Position numbers and translations under genes: made by a program
Notes under the pieces: generated by a model
What the model saw: the letters and a program-made list of their open reading frames with translations, nothing else
Told to the model about the DNA's origin: nothing
Database searches by the model: none
Shown here: piece after piece, positions 12,974 to 26,200 of the stretch
How the letters are laid out: each line of letters opens with the position of its first letter
Numbering within the stretch: the stretch's first letter is position 1
Assembly (NCBI RefSeq): GCF_006345805.1
Contig: NC_043015.1
Coordinates: forward strand, 24,118,001 to 24,182,000
Direction of reading: 5' to 3'
DNA from: Octopus sinensis
Lineage: Eukaryota
Length of the DNA stretch: 64,000 nt

Positions 12974-13164
12974 TTAATGTTCCGATATAACGCTGTGTCC
13001 TGATCCAATAATCACCAAATCAGAGGACGAAGTCGACTGGGTTCGAACTGATGCCACCCTCTTAGATCGAGCCTCACTGCTGTCAGAACAGCTACTCCTG
13101 CTACTGGAACTCATGGCTACAGCGCTTAACTTCTCGGGAGAAGGATCTTCGCTTGAACTTTCGT
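12974..13164 (-). CDS. candidate terminal coding exon of an unidentified gene, Ser-rich (D)ESSSEDPSPEKLSAVAMSSSSRSSCSDSSEARSKRVASVRTQSTSSSDLVIIGSGHSVISEH*
   Basis: Strong acceptor TTTCTCATTTCCTTTCTCAG (phase 1). Open frame to TAA, GC higher than flanks, no TE motif recognised. Confidence 0.5.
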
Positions 13165-14379
13165 CTGAGAAAGGAAATGAGAAAGACACTAAAGCATGAA
13201 TACCAGAAATGATTTTATTAAAAAACAATACATTACATGGTTGTTAAAACCTTTCTAAAATGTTGCCAATCATTTAATATTTAATTATATTCATTCAGAA
13301 TATTAGGGAATTGTAAAATATTCAGAAAGTTTAAAACATATTTTTAAAAAATATCTATAGTATGGAATTTTAAAACATCAAAGTATATTATAACGATATT
13401 TAAAAACAGATGAACTGACTACTCGATAATATATGTTCAGATGTTTACCTTACGATCTCTCCAGATGGGCTTAGGCAGCGGCTCCAAAGAGAATATTAAT
13501 CAAATATCCTTAAAATCACACACTGATTACTTAAACATGTAACCTGATTTTGGACAAAGTATGTCCCATAAGCAAAACGTGTGATGCTCAAAGCTACATC
13601 AGCTTTAACCACAGTTATCCTGTCCTTCAGTAAAGGTTCAAAGTAACTCTTTACCGTTTTTTATCATGATATCACGTGTGGGATTCTTTTTTCTTGTTTT
13701 TCATTTTGTTCTTTCGATAAAAAATGTTAATATGGTGGTTGTTTTCCTAGACAACAGCTTTAACAAAGAAAACAAATGACCGAAGACAACACTTTATTCA
13801 CTGCAATATATATCTCATAATTTTTTTATTACTATTTTATCTCTGTTTTCCTGGCAAAACGAGCAACTATGAATGGAAAACCCCGTTTTATACATTGACT
13901 CAATTGATTGCTCCTTTCTTTAATGTATTTAATTTCATTAATAATACATGCAGCCTACAACGAAACCCCGAATACAAATTATGTAGAGAAAAAAAGAAGC
14001 ATATATGCAGTCAGACAGAATGGGTCGAATGTAGGTATGTGGTGAGGATGCCGAATGCGAAAAACATATTGTAAGTGCAAGTACAATATTGGCCCCCAGT
14101 CAATGGGTTGAATGGGGGCTGATGAAGGAACAAAAACTCCTGAAACATATCATATACGCCAATTAACCATTTTTCATCTTCGATTTCATTCATGTTTACG
14201 ATGCGTCGTAGCAAAATCAGTGCTGGCTATAATTATTTCTACTGAAAATCTTTTGCGATAATCTCAACAAGTGTTGTAATAGCACTGCTAACACCGTAAA
14301 ACACAATATTGATTTATAAAAACATTTGATATATTTTATAGTATATTATGGTTGCCTAATGAAATAACATCTCTGCAAG

Positions 14380-15110
14380 TCATTTATTCTGTCAATGTAA
14401 TGAAATGGAAACAATACTTCTAGCCTATCCCTGAAGAGATGGAAGTAGCAATTATGACGCTCTATAACAACACCAAATCAAAGGGAAGGTGCCAGATGGA
14501 AAGACCTTTTTCTTTAGAATGGGATCCAGAGTATTCCAATGAGACACATTTTCCCTTTGTGGTCATTCACGATTATATCGTCAGAATATTAATTGACAAT
14601 CCCAACAGTCTTAGTTTTACACTTAGAGAAATGAGAAATGCTAGACATCCAACTAAAAAACAAAAAATAACCCATGTAGACTATACTGATAATTAGGCAT
14701 TGATCTTTGGCACAATATAACTGCATCCAATTTATTGATAGTCTAGTCTTTGCTGAACAAGATATTGGACTGCTTGTTAATCCTAAGAAAACCAAAGTCT
14801 TTCCTCACAATCAATAAAGGTCCATCAATCAAGGCGATGATCTCATGCACTTCGGTTCAGAGATAGCCTTATCTGAAAAGGATGTAGAATCTTGGACAGC
14901 CAAAACATGGTCGGCCCAAAACAAATTGGTTGAAATCAGGAAATTGACCCACACAAAGAGGAATTTTTTCGAAAAATAGTAAAGTTATTATTTTTTTTTA
15001 CATATATATGGAAAAACCGACAGGACACTTACCAAAAAATTGGAATACAAGCTAGATGGAACTTCTTCCCAAATGTTAAGAGCAATTTTAAACATATCAT
15101 GAAGAACTTA
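14380..15110 (+). mobile_element. old RTE-clade LINE RT relic
   Basis: Broken frames give IMTLYNNTKSK...KITHVDYTDN (YADD-like)...IGLLVNPKKTK. Confidence 0.65.
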
Positions 15111-16244
15111 TAAGCGATCATGTTTGCCTCCCTGAAGACCTCCCTCAACTAATGCAAGGCTAATATGGATTGCGTGCGCAGGTTAAAAATGTCCGAGCAA
15201 GCTCGACCAGATAATAGTGGGGATGAGGGTGACCATTCATTTTTTGCGGGGAAGTAATGTAGGTGTGTTAATTTTTGTTGCAGTTTTGTTATCTAAAAGT
15301 GTGTCCATACTGTAGATCGCGTTTTATCAAAACAAATATGAACAAGCTATTATTTTTCCCATAAAGTCACTCACCGCTAATGCATAACACACACACAAGA
15401 ACCCAAACATACACAAGCAGACACACATTTCGATTTGTGTTTTCTTTCTTTTGTTTGTGAATTAAGAATGTTTTTGCTATCTCTTCCCCACACTTCGGTC
15501 TCTCAGTTTTCTGTCTCGTTTCTTTTAATATATCTTTGCCTTCTTTTGTTTACTCTCTCTTTCTGTTTTCCTCTCAATAAATATACACACACAAACACTT
15601 ACGTACACTCACCCCTGTCGCCTTTTCTTATTGTATGTTAAGAACCACTTATTTTCTCTACACATTCTTCTATGACTTGTCAGTTATTCAATTGTTATTA
15701 CCTGTTTTCAACTTCCTGTAAAAGCTAAGTACCTATTCAAACGAAGGAATTCTTCACTATCATTTCTGGCTTCCTCTTACTCTTAATTTCCTGAGCATTC
15801 AACAACTAATGTTGGTTTTGCCAGTTATATGTGTTCTTTTTCAATTGTTTGTCTTAACGTCTTGGCAGATTTATATTCGTTTCTTTAAAGTAGAAGAAGA
15901 AGATGATGTCTGAGAATACTTTTCATTTAACCAAATCCGAACAGTTTCAAACTCCTTGTCATTAACGGTAACACTCCATCACCTTTTGCTTGTCTTCTAG
16001 TACATAGCATTGTTAAATGCTACCGAACAACTAACTATTTTTTTCCGGTTTCGTCTATAAATGTTACATGAAGGAGATGCCGTTTCCATGTTTGCTTGTC
16101 ATTCTTAACTTCAGTGTTAGAGATTATATAAAAACATTTTAGTAAACCATTCCATAAAAGATTTCGTGTTTTCCACATAAATTACTTTTCTTCTATGCCG
16201 ATTTCATTATATTACTTTCAACATGAGATGTGAAAGAAATAAAG

Positions 16245-16247
<3 letters not shown>

Positions 16248-16301
<54 letters not shown>
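16248..16301. repeat. (TAA)n microsatellite
   Basis: Read directly from the sequence. Confidence 0.95.
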
Positions 16302-16303
<2 letters not shown>

Positions 16304-16863
16304 GTAAATCAGTTAAACCAAAATCAACAAAAAATGTCTAAAATAAGTATTATTATTCCAGAATGTACTTTACTGGGTAGATACGTTGTTATATAATCTG
16401 TCATTCTTATGACTCGATCTTTTCACATGACAAGTTGAAAACTATAAATATCAAATGCTATCCAGTGTTTTACGTTTGATATTTGAAAATTATATAAATG
16501 TATGTAAAATCATGAAACACTAGCAGATAACAGCGCCGACATGTTGGATTACGAACGAAACTGTTAAGAGTTCGTGTCCCGTGGTATGATTGGTAAATAT
16601 AGTCTCCATGCAGAAGATACTTAACTTCCAGCGACAGGAAGTCCCCTTAGCCGTAAGTAGTTGGTAATAAATTCTATAATTTGACCTTGTACCAAATGAA
16701 AGATGATACACTAGCAGCAGCAACGCCACCACCAGACAGCATTTGACCGGGTCTTTAATTCCCTAAGCCTCGGAAGGAAGAAGAGCAGAGGGGGACACGG
16801 TTGGATTCCCTCTCTCTTGTACTTTATCTCTCTTTATCTCCCTATATATATTTATCTCTATCT

Positions 16864-16975
<112 letters not shown>

Positions 16976-17566
16976 GATTCTCTCTTCCAAGTCTCTCACT
17001 CTGCTGCTAAACAATCAGTAATATTCTTCTGAGCGTCTCCGCATCTGTTGGAACATTACGCTTTTCAGATATTTCTTCATGGAACAGTCGAAGATAGGAA
17101 TCAAGCGATGGACAAACACAGAAATAAAGACTCACGCATGCAGAATGGGTTGCCACACAGTTCCTCAATACTATATTTCTTCGCAATGCATTTATCGCCC
17201 CGGGGCTACGGTAGAGAGCATTTGCGCAAGGTTCTGTGCAGTACGACTGAATAAAACAATTCACTGTTGCAAAGCGAGATTCATAAGCACACAATTATAG
17301 CTGCGCATATTTGTGTGTGTGTGTGTGTGTGTGTGGTGTAGTTGAAATTTACAGAAAAACAAAAGATAAAGACAAGCCTATGAACAACAAGAAAGTCTAT
17401 TAGTTTGATGTTCGGGAAAATGAAAGTCGTTTACGTTTCGAGCCTACGCTCTTTACCAGAGAGGAAAAAGAGAACATAGAGAGAGAATGAAAAAACTTGT
17501 AGATTTCAGTGGTCCCGCATATATGTATGTATGCATGTATGTATGTATGTATGTATGCATGTATAT

Positions 17567-17610
<44 letters not shown>

Positions 17611-17628
17611 TGTATGCATGTATGTATA

Positions 17629-17810
17629 CGAGAGGGTGCTGGAAAGTTCCTGGCTCCTGGCTTCAAGGGTATAGCGAAAGGCCTTATTGGAGGGCCAAAC
17701 TTCCGAGTTTTTTACAGGGCATAGAAACAAAGAAGAACTGCTGCAATTAGCGTGTGAATCCTCATCAATTTTCTTTTACTCAAAGCCGGGGACTTCTCTG
17801 CACACCATCG
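17629..17810. mobile_element. mariner-derived MITE, same family as 5029-5243, opposite orientation
   Basis: TA flanks both ends. TIR GGGTGCTGGAAAGTTCCTGG. The interior is homologous to the reverse complement of ~5160-5225. Confidence 0.75.
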
Positions 17811-17899
17811 TATATGTGTGTGTATAATACACACACAGAATATAAATAACATATATACTCATATATATATGCGTCCTTTCGTAATTGCCTCAGTAAGTT

Positions 17900-18752
17900 G
17901 GCATAGTACTATCCATTGAGGGTGTGGCCTCTCTGAAGGTAGTCAATAAGCATAAAGCTTTTATATCCCAAAAATTTGAGGCTACCACCTTCCCTGCAGA
18001 TGTAAGAACCTTGATTTGTTTTGGAGCAGGTGAGGATAGCTGTTTCCCCTGCATGGATTATTACTTTTTGTTTGGCCCCAAGTGATGAAGCTAACACTCT
18101 CCCTGGGTTAGAAAGGGTTCTGTGAAATCAATTGAATCCTGCTTCAAGCAATGTCCTGATGAACAAAGACGTGGTACCCACCGAACCGAAACCTTCTACA
18201 TGTCAAGTTAATTGTGGAGAATATTCTCAACTCTCTAAGGGATATGCCAATAATATTGTCCGTTTGATTTTTATTCTGTTGCCTGTTATCCATCTCCATG
18301 TGTTATACAAGATATTTTCTTTGGTGGTGGTAGCTGCAGGACCTCCAAACCCTAGGTCAGTTCGAGACTCTCTCTTCCCTTCTTAAATTTAGCTGCCCAC
18401 TTTCGCACTGTTCATAAAGCTGGAGAGTCATCCCCTAATGTAGCCACCATGTGAGATTGAATGTCCTCGGTTTGAGACTACACACTTTCTCCTCTGCAGT
18501 TACTTGATAACATCACGATGCCACATTTTGTCCATTTTCAAGAGACGTCGCTCATTGTTACGTTTAAAGTCTTCTTTGAACAGTCAGACGCCAGGTTACC
18601 TGGAAAGTAATACAATACAGCTATTCATAAGAATCAATGAAATTAATACTTCCTTGATTCACAGCTCCAGCGTCACGTCTTCATCGTTAGCCTAGAAAAA
18701 GCTCCGCCCAACCGCATACATACAAATGGAACTCGACTTCAGCATCCTAAAC
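17900..18752 (-). mobile_element. decayed mariner, 5' half
   Basis: Broken frames give MDKMWHRDVIK...IQSHMVATLGDDSP...TVRKWAAKFKKGRESLE (mariner N-terminal HTH region). TIR-like GGAACT..CTTCAGCATCC near 18733-18752. Confidence 0.7.
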
Positions 18753-18857
18753 ATTGAAACACGTAAACTCTAACGAAGCTTCCATAATATGTATGTGTTT
18801 GTGTGTGTGGTATGTGTGTGTGGCAATTTTCATCTCCAACTTAACGTGGAGGTTATG

Positions 18858-19023
18858 TTAGAACTCAGAATATTATGCTATTCACCTTGAGAAGATCTGT
18901 CATAAGGACGCATAGTGTATAAAATCACACGTAGTTATATCGTTGGTAGACGGTGTTTTTACGAACAACGAATTCTTATGAGATATCCTCTCAAGACAAA
19001 TAACACAGTATTCTGAGTTCTAA
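18858..19023. repeat. hairpin/MITE-like element with ~50-bp imperfect terminal inverted repeats
   Basis: TTAGAACTCAGAATA / TATTCTGAGTTCTAA is a perfect 15-bp pair; similarity continues to CATAAG/CTTATG. Confidence 0.75.
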
Positions 19024-21015
19024 GACAATCTCTTCGTTAGGTTGAAGACCAAGATTACCCTTTGGAATAAATACTGTTCTTTCGTTATTACTATATATAT
19101 ATAATGTGGAATTTCCAGGTAGTGGGATGACGGATTGGCAGAACGTTGGACAAAATACTTATTGATAGTTCTTCCGTCTTTATAAAATCGAATTCCAAAG
19201 AGGTTATCTTAGCATTCGCTGCCCCAGGGTAGATAGATTAAATTACCACTCAAGTAATTGAGTCGATTTAATCGACTAACCCGTTTCCCATAAAATTTCA
19301 GGTCTTGCACCTATTTAAAAACAATTAATGGTTATCTGAGAATTACGTTAAGAGCGCACATGTATTGGCAGCAAGCTAATTGCAGGAACAGGTTATGCAG
19401 TTCGTTGGCCAAAGCACTGAGCTTTCTCATATCAATATTTACGAGAGAGAAAGAGAGAAAGAGAGAGAGAGAGGGGCAGAGAGAGAGAGAGGGACAGAGA
19501 GAGAGAGAGTCCATTATCTGTTTATGAATCTGGAATTGCAAACGGACACCAAAATATAATTCTTTATTTAGAACACTTTTACTTAATGAATTTCGTTTAA
19601 ACAGGTGAGAATCAGATGTACGCACTGGCACACCTCAACAAAAGCAGAATGCACTGGTCACACTCGAGAAAATCCGCAGTAAAAATATTCGTTTGCTACA
19701 ATATATATTGTTTTTAACACAAGTCGATTAAAATCTGTCTCGGACAATTCCACTGCATCCCTTCTAAGTGTGTATATACACTTTATATGACACACTGACG
19801 ACGATTCAAATACCACAGACGTTTAATACTTTAACTAAATGCGCAGAAAGAATTTCTGGTAGAACGTAGATTCACGCAGCAGTTTCGCGTCGCTTTCTGT
19901 CCTATGCTTCTTCTGTCCTTGGTTCCTTGTCATCGAACCCACCTAAGAATCATTTTTTTATTATCTTTGTCAGGTAGTCTATACTTGTCCTACATTTTTT
20001 TCTCTTTTGCAGTTCAGTGCAAGTCTTTACCTGCCAAGAATCGGTGGTCTTACATATAATTGACCCATATGTCATTACTGCTCAGTAGTTGCGGGTGTTA
20101 TAGACGGTTGTTTGCTGAAGGAAGTTTGAACTTTTTGATATTTGCCTTCACTCGTCAAGATCTGATGCCATATAACGAGCGGAGATGACACTGCTTTCAT
20201 AAATATTTAGCTTCGTATGCCCTGAGTGACAATTTCCCTCCTTCCAGTAGAGTTTCCTATTTTCGAAAGCTTGCCTAGCTCACCCGGATCACGTTTCAAG
20301 ACCGCCTATGCTCCACCATTTAAGGAGACCGTGCTTTCTAGTTTATTATTATATAAATGGCAACTGACAGGAAATCAAATTCTCCAGGTCAATAAGAGGA
20401 GACATACGGTGTGTATTAGAGCTGACTAAATTATGGGGAATTTTTGACAGCTTTTACCTGGAATCTCAGAGTGTTTAAGAGGTAATACAAATGGCAAGCG
20501 GAATTGTAGAGAGAGAAGACAATAGTGAAGATAGGATATCGAGTTACCGTTCGAAAAGCTAAAAACCCAACTAAGACATGACCGAATATTAGAAGTTGAA
20601 ACAACACGTTCACATCTACACACACAAACATACACACTCACATACATACAAAGATATATACATGCATCCATATATACATAAAAACACACGCACAACACAA
20701 CAATGAGTATACTAGCCAGAGGTTTCGCAATGTAATGATTAGTGATACCATTTGCCATTCAAGAGAATATATGAGATCTTGTATAAAAATAAATGTGTGT
20801 GTGCGTGTATACATAAATTGTATAAATTTATGTATATGAACATATGTACAACTACACATGAGCACACACAGGCATATACATATGTTTGCGAGTCTGCTGT
20901 TTACACACGGGCGCCAGCGCACATACACATATACACACATGCATATATATAGATATATGTGCATATATATATGTGTGTGTGTGTGTATATATATATATAT
21001 GTGTGTGTATATATA

Positions 21016-21100
<85 letters not shown>

Positions 21101-21124
21101 TAAAGTGAAAATGGTATCTAGCTG

Positions 21125-21345
21125 ATCACCAATCAAAACAATGTTAAGCCTCTGACATGCATTTAATCTGTAAATGGATACAGAAGACTAACATGAACTA
21201 AATCTTTTGGCCTGATTTTCTTCTCCCAATTTGCTGGAAATTTTCCCATATTCCAGCACATGCGTTTGATCACCAAACAACAGTCATCCGGGAACCGATG
21301 GAAAAATCTATGTGGAAAACAAATATGCCAAAAATACTCAAATCA
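21125..21345 (+). mobile_element. possible R4/Dong-like LINE 3' relic
   Basis: Weak resemblance to the C-terminus also seen at 3880-4155 and 42780-43330. Confidence 0.3.
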
Positions 21346-21647
21346 TTACTTCGACAACAACTACGTCTAAGACTACTACTACTAATAATAATAATGATAA
21401 TAACAACAACAATAATAATAATAATAACAATAGTAGTAGTAGGCATATGAACAAATCTTTAAAATGAAGGATAGTGTTTACTAAAGTTTAATGTTGTTTT
21501 TCAGTTTTGCCTACACTTTCAGAAAGCGGCACCACCATCATCAACGCAATGAACATAGAAAGCTGTCAAAGAAAAGTATTACCGATTTATTTACTTCCGA
21601 TTTTCAGAGGATTTATTCCACACACATATACTCACTTGTTTCTTTGC

Positions 21648-21708
<61 letters not shown>

Positions 21709-21776
21709 CCTTACTCACCTTAGTGACGATTGTACTTCTGCATTTTGGTTATAAGCTGCGAATAGCCACATTCATG

Positions 21777-21859
<83 letters not shown>

Positions 21860-23286
21860 AAATCAGTGAATGGATTAGCATTTAAGTGGCTTAATGCGAT
21901 TCTCAGGTTCACTTAGTAGGACACAGTATGTTACAAGACCGTAGCTCTCATTTACAGTCAATCCAACAGGCGTCCTCACAGTCTCGGTCCACCCAATTTC
22001 ACTTACAAAACTTCACTAGATTGGGTCAATGGTTAGAGACATTTTCCTCAAGGTGCTGAACTTGCATCTTGTTGTGGTAGTTCTGTCTCTTGGGCATTAC
22101 AGAAGAAAGCCTGCAGAGTCTGTCGAAGTAATATTTTCACGAACTTATGAGCACCTAATTTTGCTTTAAACATGCATATTTATTCACCCATAATATGGCG
22201 ATATGCAAATCTAAAATCTTTAAAACATCCATGAATCTCATTTTAGCTTATGAATCAGAATAAATATATTGCTTTCCGTGGGTTCAGATCAATTTCAGAC
22301 ACTCCCTTACATAATCTGTAAGCTATCATGATTGTATTATCAGCATTCACAAACATGAGCAAAGCCTTGTTCGTACTCTGAAATGAGTTGCGCTGCGAAG
22401 GTCTTGCTAACGGTTCGCAGGCCTTCCAAAAGCTGTTTGAGTTGGATTAAGGATAGGGATTAATAAGTAAATAGAATAGTGTGAGAAGCTGACAAGCGAA
22501 GGCCTTGTAATGCACGAGGAAAACTTTCAGAGAATAGGTGAAATAAAGGGGTTCAATAAAATAGAGAATTTCTTCGAGCCCTATATGCTAGCATGTAGGT
22601 TTAAAATAATAAACGACACGGGTTTACGTCTTACGAATAGAAACTTAACTATTGTGCAGAAGATATGGATAGGCAGAAATGTAGATATTAACAATCCCTC
22701 AAAGAACGCTACACATACAGTTATGAATAGCGATGTATAATGGCAGCAAAAAAGGTGGGAATATAACCGCGAATAAAATTACATCAACATAGATTTAACA
22801 TATCAATAGAAGCAACATTTATACGCTCTTACGTATAAATAATCTTGTACATTTCCCCACACTTAACACATTAAAAAGCCGGATGAACTGGCATTCACGA
22901 AGACGAAAGATACACACCAATATTTTTATTGACAGAAATATGACAATGGGTGGTTAACCAATAGATGACAATCAATTAGTAGACATCGACTCACAAAATC
23001 CGGGAAACTACTTTGTAGCTGTCGACCCTGCACCCACATAAGGCCAAGCATTTCTAATAAATGTTTCTATTAATTAATCTTTAATTCGTACCATTTAGTG
23101 AATTTGCTCCATATAAATGCTAATAATGAAATATGGTTATATACATGTGTGTACGTGCGTGTTAGTGTGTGTGCATGTATTTGTGTGTTGGTGCATGTGT
23201 ACATATATATGTATGTATGTATATACAGGCTGTTCAAAAGGTCTCCCTGCATTAAATATTTTGTTGTAAAATAAATATTTATAAGA

Positions 23287-26200
23287 TGGTATTGGTATTG
23301 GTATTGGCATCCTTTCTGTCTCGGGAGACAATGGAGTTGCACATGAAGTAGTCTAGTCCGGCTTTTATATTTCATATCCTGATACATTTCCTGCTGTGGC
23401 TGTGTAGTCCTATCCTGGATAAACACTCCCTCTGGCAGGTACCGCAAATGTAGCGAAGACTGTTCCTGGCTGGTTGTAGTGCCATAGTCTCTTGTTTACG
23501 TCTCTTCCTTTCTTTCCATTTCTCCTCTCTCTCTCTGTCACTCCTTTGTATTCCCTCTTTTACGGTACGTCGCCATTCTCCACGGTTGCCGGCAACTGCC
23601 TCCCAACCGCTAATATTGATGTTGCAGGCCTTCATGTCCCTTTTGAAAACATCCTTGTAACGTAAGATCGGTCTACCTACAGACCTAGTACCCCTAGCAA
23701 GCTCTCCGTAGAGTATGTCCTTGGGGATTCTGCCATCTTTCATACGGCTAACATGCCCAAGCCATCTCATACGATTCTGCCATTTGATGCGGAGGATTTT
23801 TCGGAGGCAGCGCAGGTGAAAGATGTTTAGGCGACGCTCTTGGCGTGTGTATAGCGTCCAGGTCTCAATTCCATACAGTAGAGTGCTGAGTACACATGCC
23901 TGGTAGATCTTCATTTTCGTGGTCTTGGTCAGCTTATTGTTGTCCCAAGCCCGTTTGGAGAGTTGGGCCATCGCAGCAGCTGCCTTGCCAATGCGTATAT
24001 TGAGCTCAGCGTCAAGGGATAGGTTGTAGGTGACTGTAGAGCCCAGATAGGTAAACTTCTCCACCTCTTGTAATCTGTGGTCTCCAATATGTATGTTTGG
24101 GATGTCCGATGTAGCCTGGCCCATGATGTTGGTCTTCTTAAGGCTGATAGCTAAGCCAAAGTTGTTACATGCTTGCTCAAAACAGTTAATGAGCCTTTGG
24201 AGGGCTTCTTCTGTGTGTGTTACCAGAGCGGCATCATCAGCAAATAACATCTCCTTGATCAGGACGTTTCTGATTTTGGTCTTGGCACGCAGGCGCGAGA
24301 GATTGAACAGTTTCCCGTCACTTCTACTGTGCAGAAACACTCCATCATCTGATGTCTAAAAGGCATGTGAAAGTAAGAGCGAGAAGAAGATGCCAAACAA
24401 TGTAGGAGTGATGACACAACCTTGCTTTACCCTGTTTTTTATTTGGAAGGCGGCTGATGTTGAACTGTTGTGCTGTATGGTGCCTTGCATGTCATCATGG
24501 AAAGACTTGATGATCCTCAGCAGCTTTGGTGGACATCCGATTTTTTGGAGCAGGATGAAGAGGCCCGTTCTGCTTACCGAGTCAAAAGCCTTTGTTAGAT
24601 CAAGGAAGGCCATATATAATGGCGTTTTCTGCTCTCTGGACTTCTCCTGAAGTTGGCGTATGGAGAATATCATATCGATAGTTGATCTGCTTCTTCTAAA
24701 GCCACACTGCGATTCCGGATAGATTCGAGAAGCAAGTAGTTGTAGCCTGGCCAGGATAACGCGGGCAAAGGTCTTTCCAACAGTGCTTAGAAGGGATATA
24801 CCACGGTAATTGTTACAATCACCACGGTCACCTTTGTTTTTGTAAAGCGTAATGATGTTAGCACCCCGCATATCCTGAGGGACTGTACCCTCTTCCCAGC
24901 ACTGACACAGAAGCTCATGAAGGTGTCGAAGCAGGATGGTGTTTTTGCCGGCTTTGATGATCTCTGAGGGGATGCCGTCATTTCCCGGAGCCTTATTTCT
25001 TGCTAGGGAGTCAACAGCCTCGGTGAGCTCCGCTATAGATGGCGGACTGTCAAGTTCGCACATAACTGGCAAGATCTTGACACTCTCGACCGCAGCCTCA
25101 GCCACTGTGGTCTCCCGTGAGTAGAGATTCTGCTAGTGCTCCACCCATCTATCCATTTGCTTGCCTTGGTCCCTGATGAGATCTCCAGTAGTTGATTTCA
25201 GAGGGGCTGACTTGGTTGCGGATGGACCGAGGGCCTTCTTCAAACCGGCATACATCACACGGGTGTCGCCCCTGTCAGCAGCTGACTGGATACTCTGACA
25301 GATTTCCTGCCAATACCTATTTGCACAGCGTCTGGCTGTCAGTTGGGTTTTATTTCGTGCCTTTCTGAGTTCTTCGAGTGACTTTGTAGAAGAGTCACTC
25401 TTGTATTGCACCAGAGCTGCACGCTTTGCTTCGATAACTGGCTCCAGCTCTAAGAGCCCAGCATTGAACCAATCTGGGTTTTGCCTTTCTCTCATGCCGA
25501 AAGTATCCAATGATGTCGTATACAAGGCTTCCCTGATATAGTCCCACCTACTTTCAGCAGAGGAGGTTGGGCAGCTACTGAGGGCAACCTTGATAGAAGC
25601 AGCAAAACATTTTCGCAGTGTAGGGTCCGAGGTTCTGGCGGTGTTGATGCGTGGTCGGCCCACTTTCTTGGAGCGATGGACTTTTTTAGGCAGAATCCTC
25701 ACCCTGCTTCTAATTAGTGAGTGGTCTGTGTCACAATCCGCGCTGTGGTAACTGCGGGTCAATAGAGTAGAATTCAGAAAGGATCTCCGTGTAATGATGA
25801 GATCCAGCTGATGCCAGTGGTGAGATCTTGGATGTCTCCAGGATGCCTTGTGGGATGGCTTGTTGGTAAAGAATGTGTTTGTGATGTACAGGTTGTGGTA
25901 TGTGCAGAATTCGAGTAGTCTCTGACCATTGTCATTCATGTTGCCAATACCAAAGTGTCCAACACAAATGGGCCATGAATCATGGTCAGATCCCACGCGA
26001 GCGTTAAAATCCCCCAGAAGGTAGATATTTTCAGTCGTTGGTATATTTTCTATGACACAGTTGAGATCTTTGTAGAACTGGTCCTTGGTCTCCTCTGAGC
26101 TGTAGAGAGTGGGAGCATAGATGCTGATTAGATGTACTGAGCCAGAAGAAGTCGAGAGGCGCAGTGAGAGGATACGCTCAGTGCCTCCCGATGGTGGTTC

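Noticed and set aside
12999-13200. Plus-strand Leu-rich open frame
   Set aside because: Antisense shadow of the Ser-rich minus frame; no splice signals.
14011-14214. 67-aa minus-strand ORF as a host exon
   Set aside because: No good donor. The region is better explained by structured repeat-like sequence on the plus strand.
20012-20560. Several splice-like sites and short ORFs on both strands
   Set aside because: Mutually inconsistent, with frames closed or non-diagnostic. Kept only as possible upstream exons.
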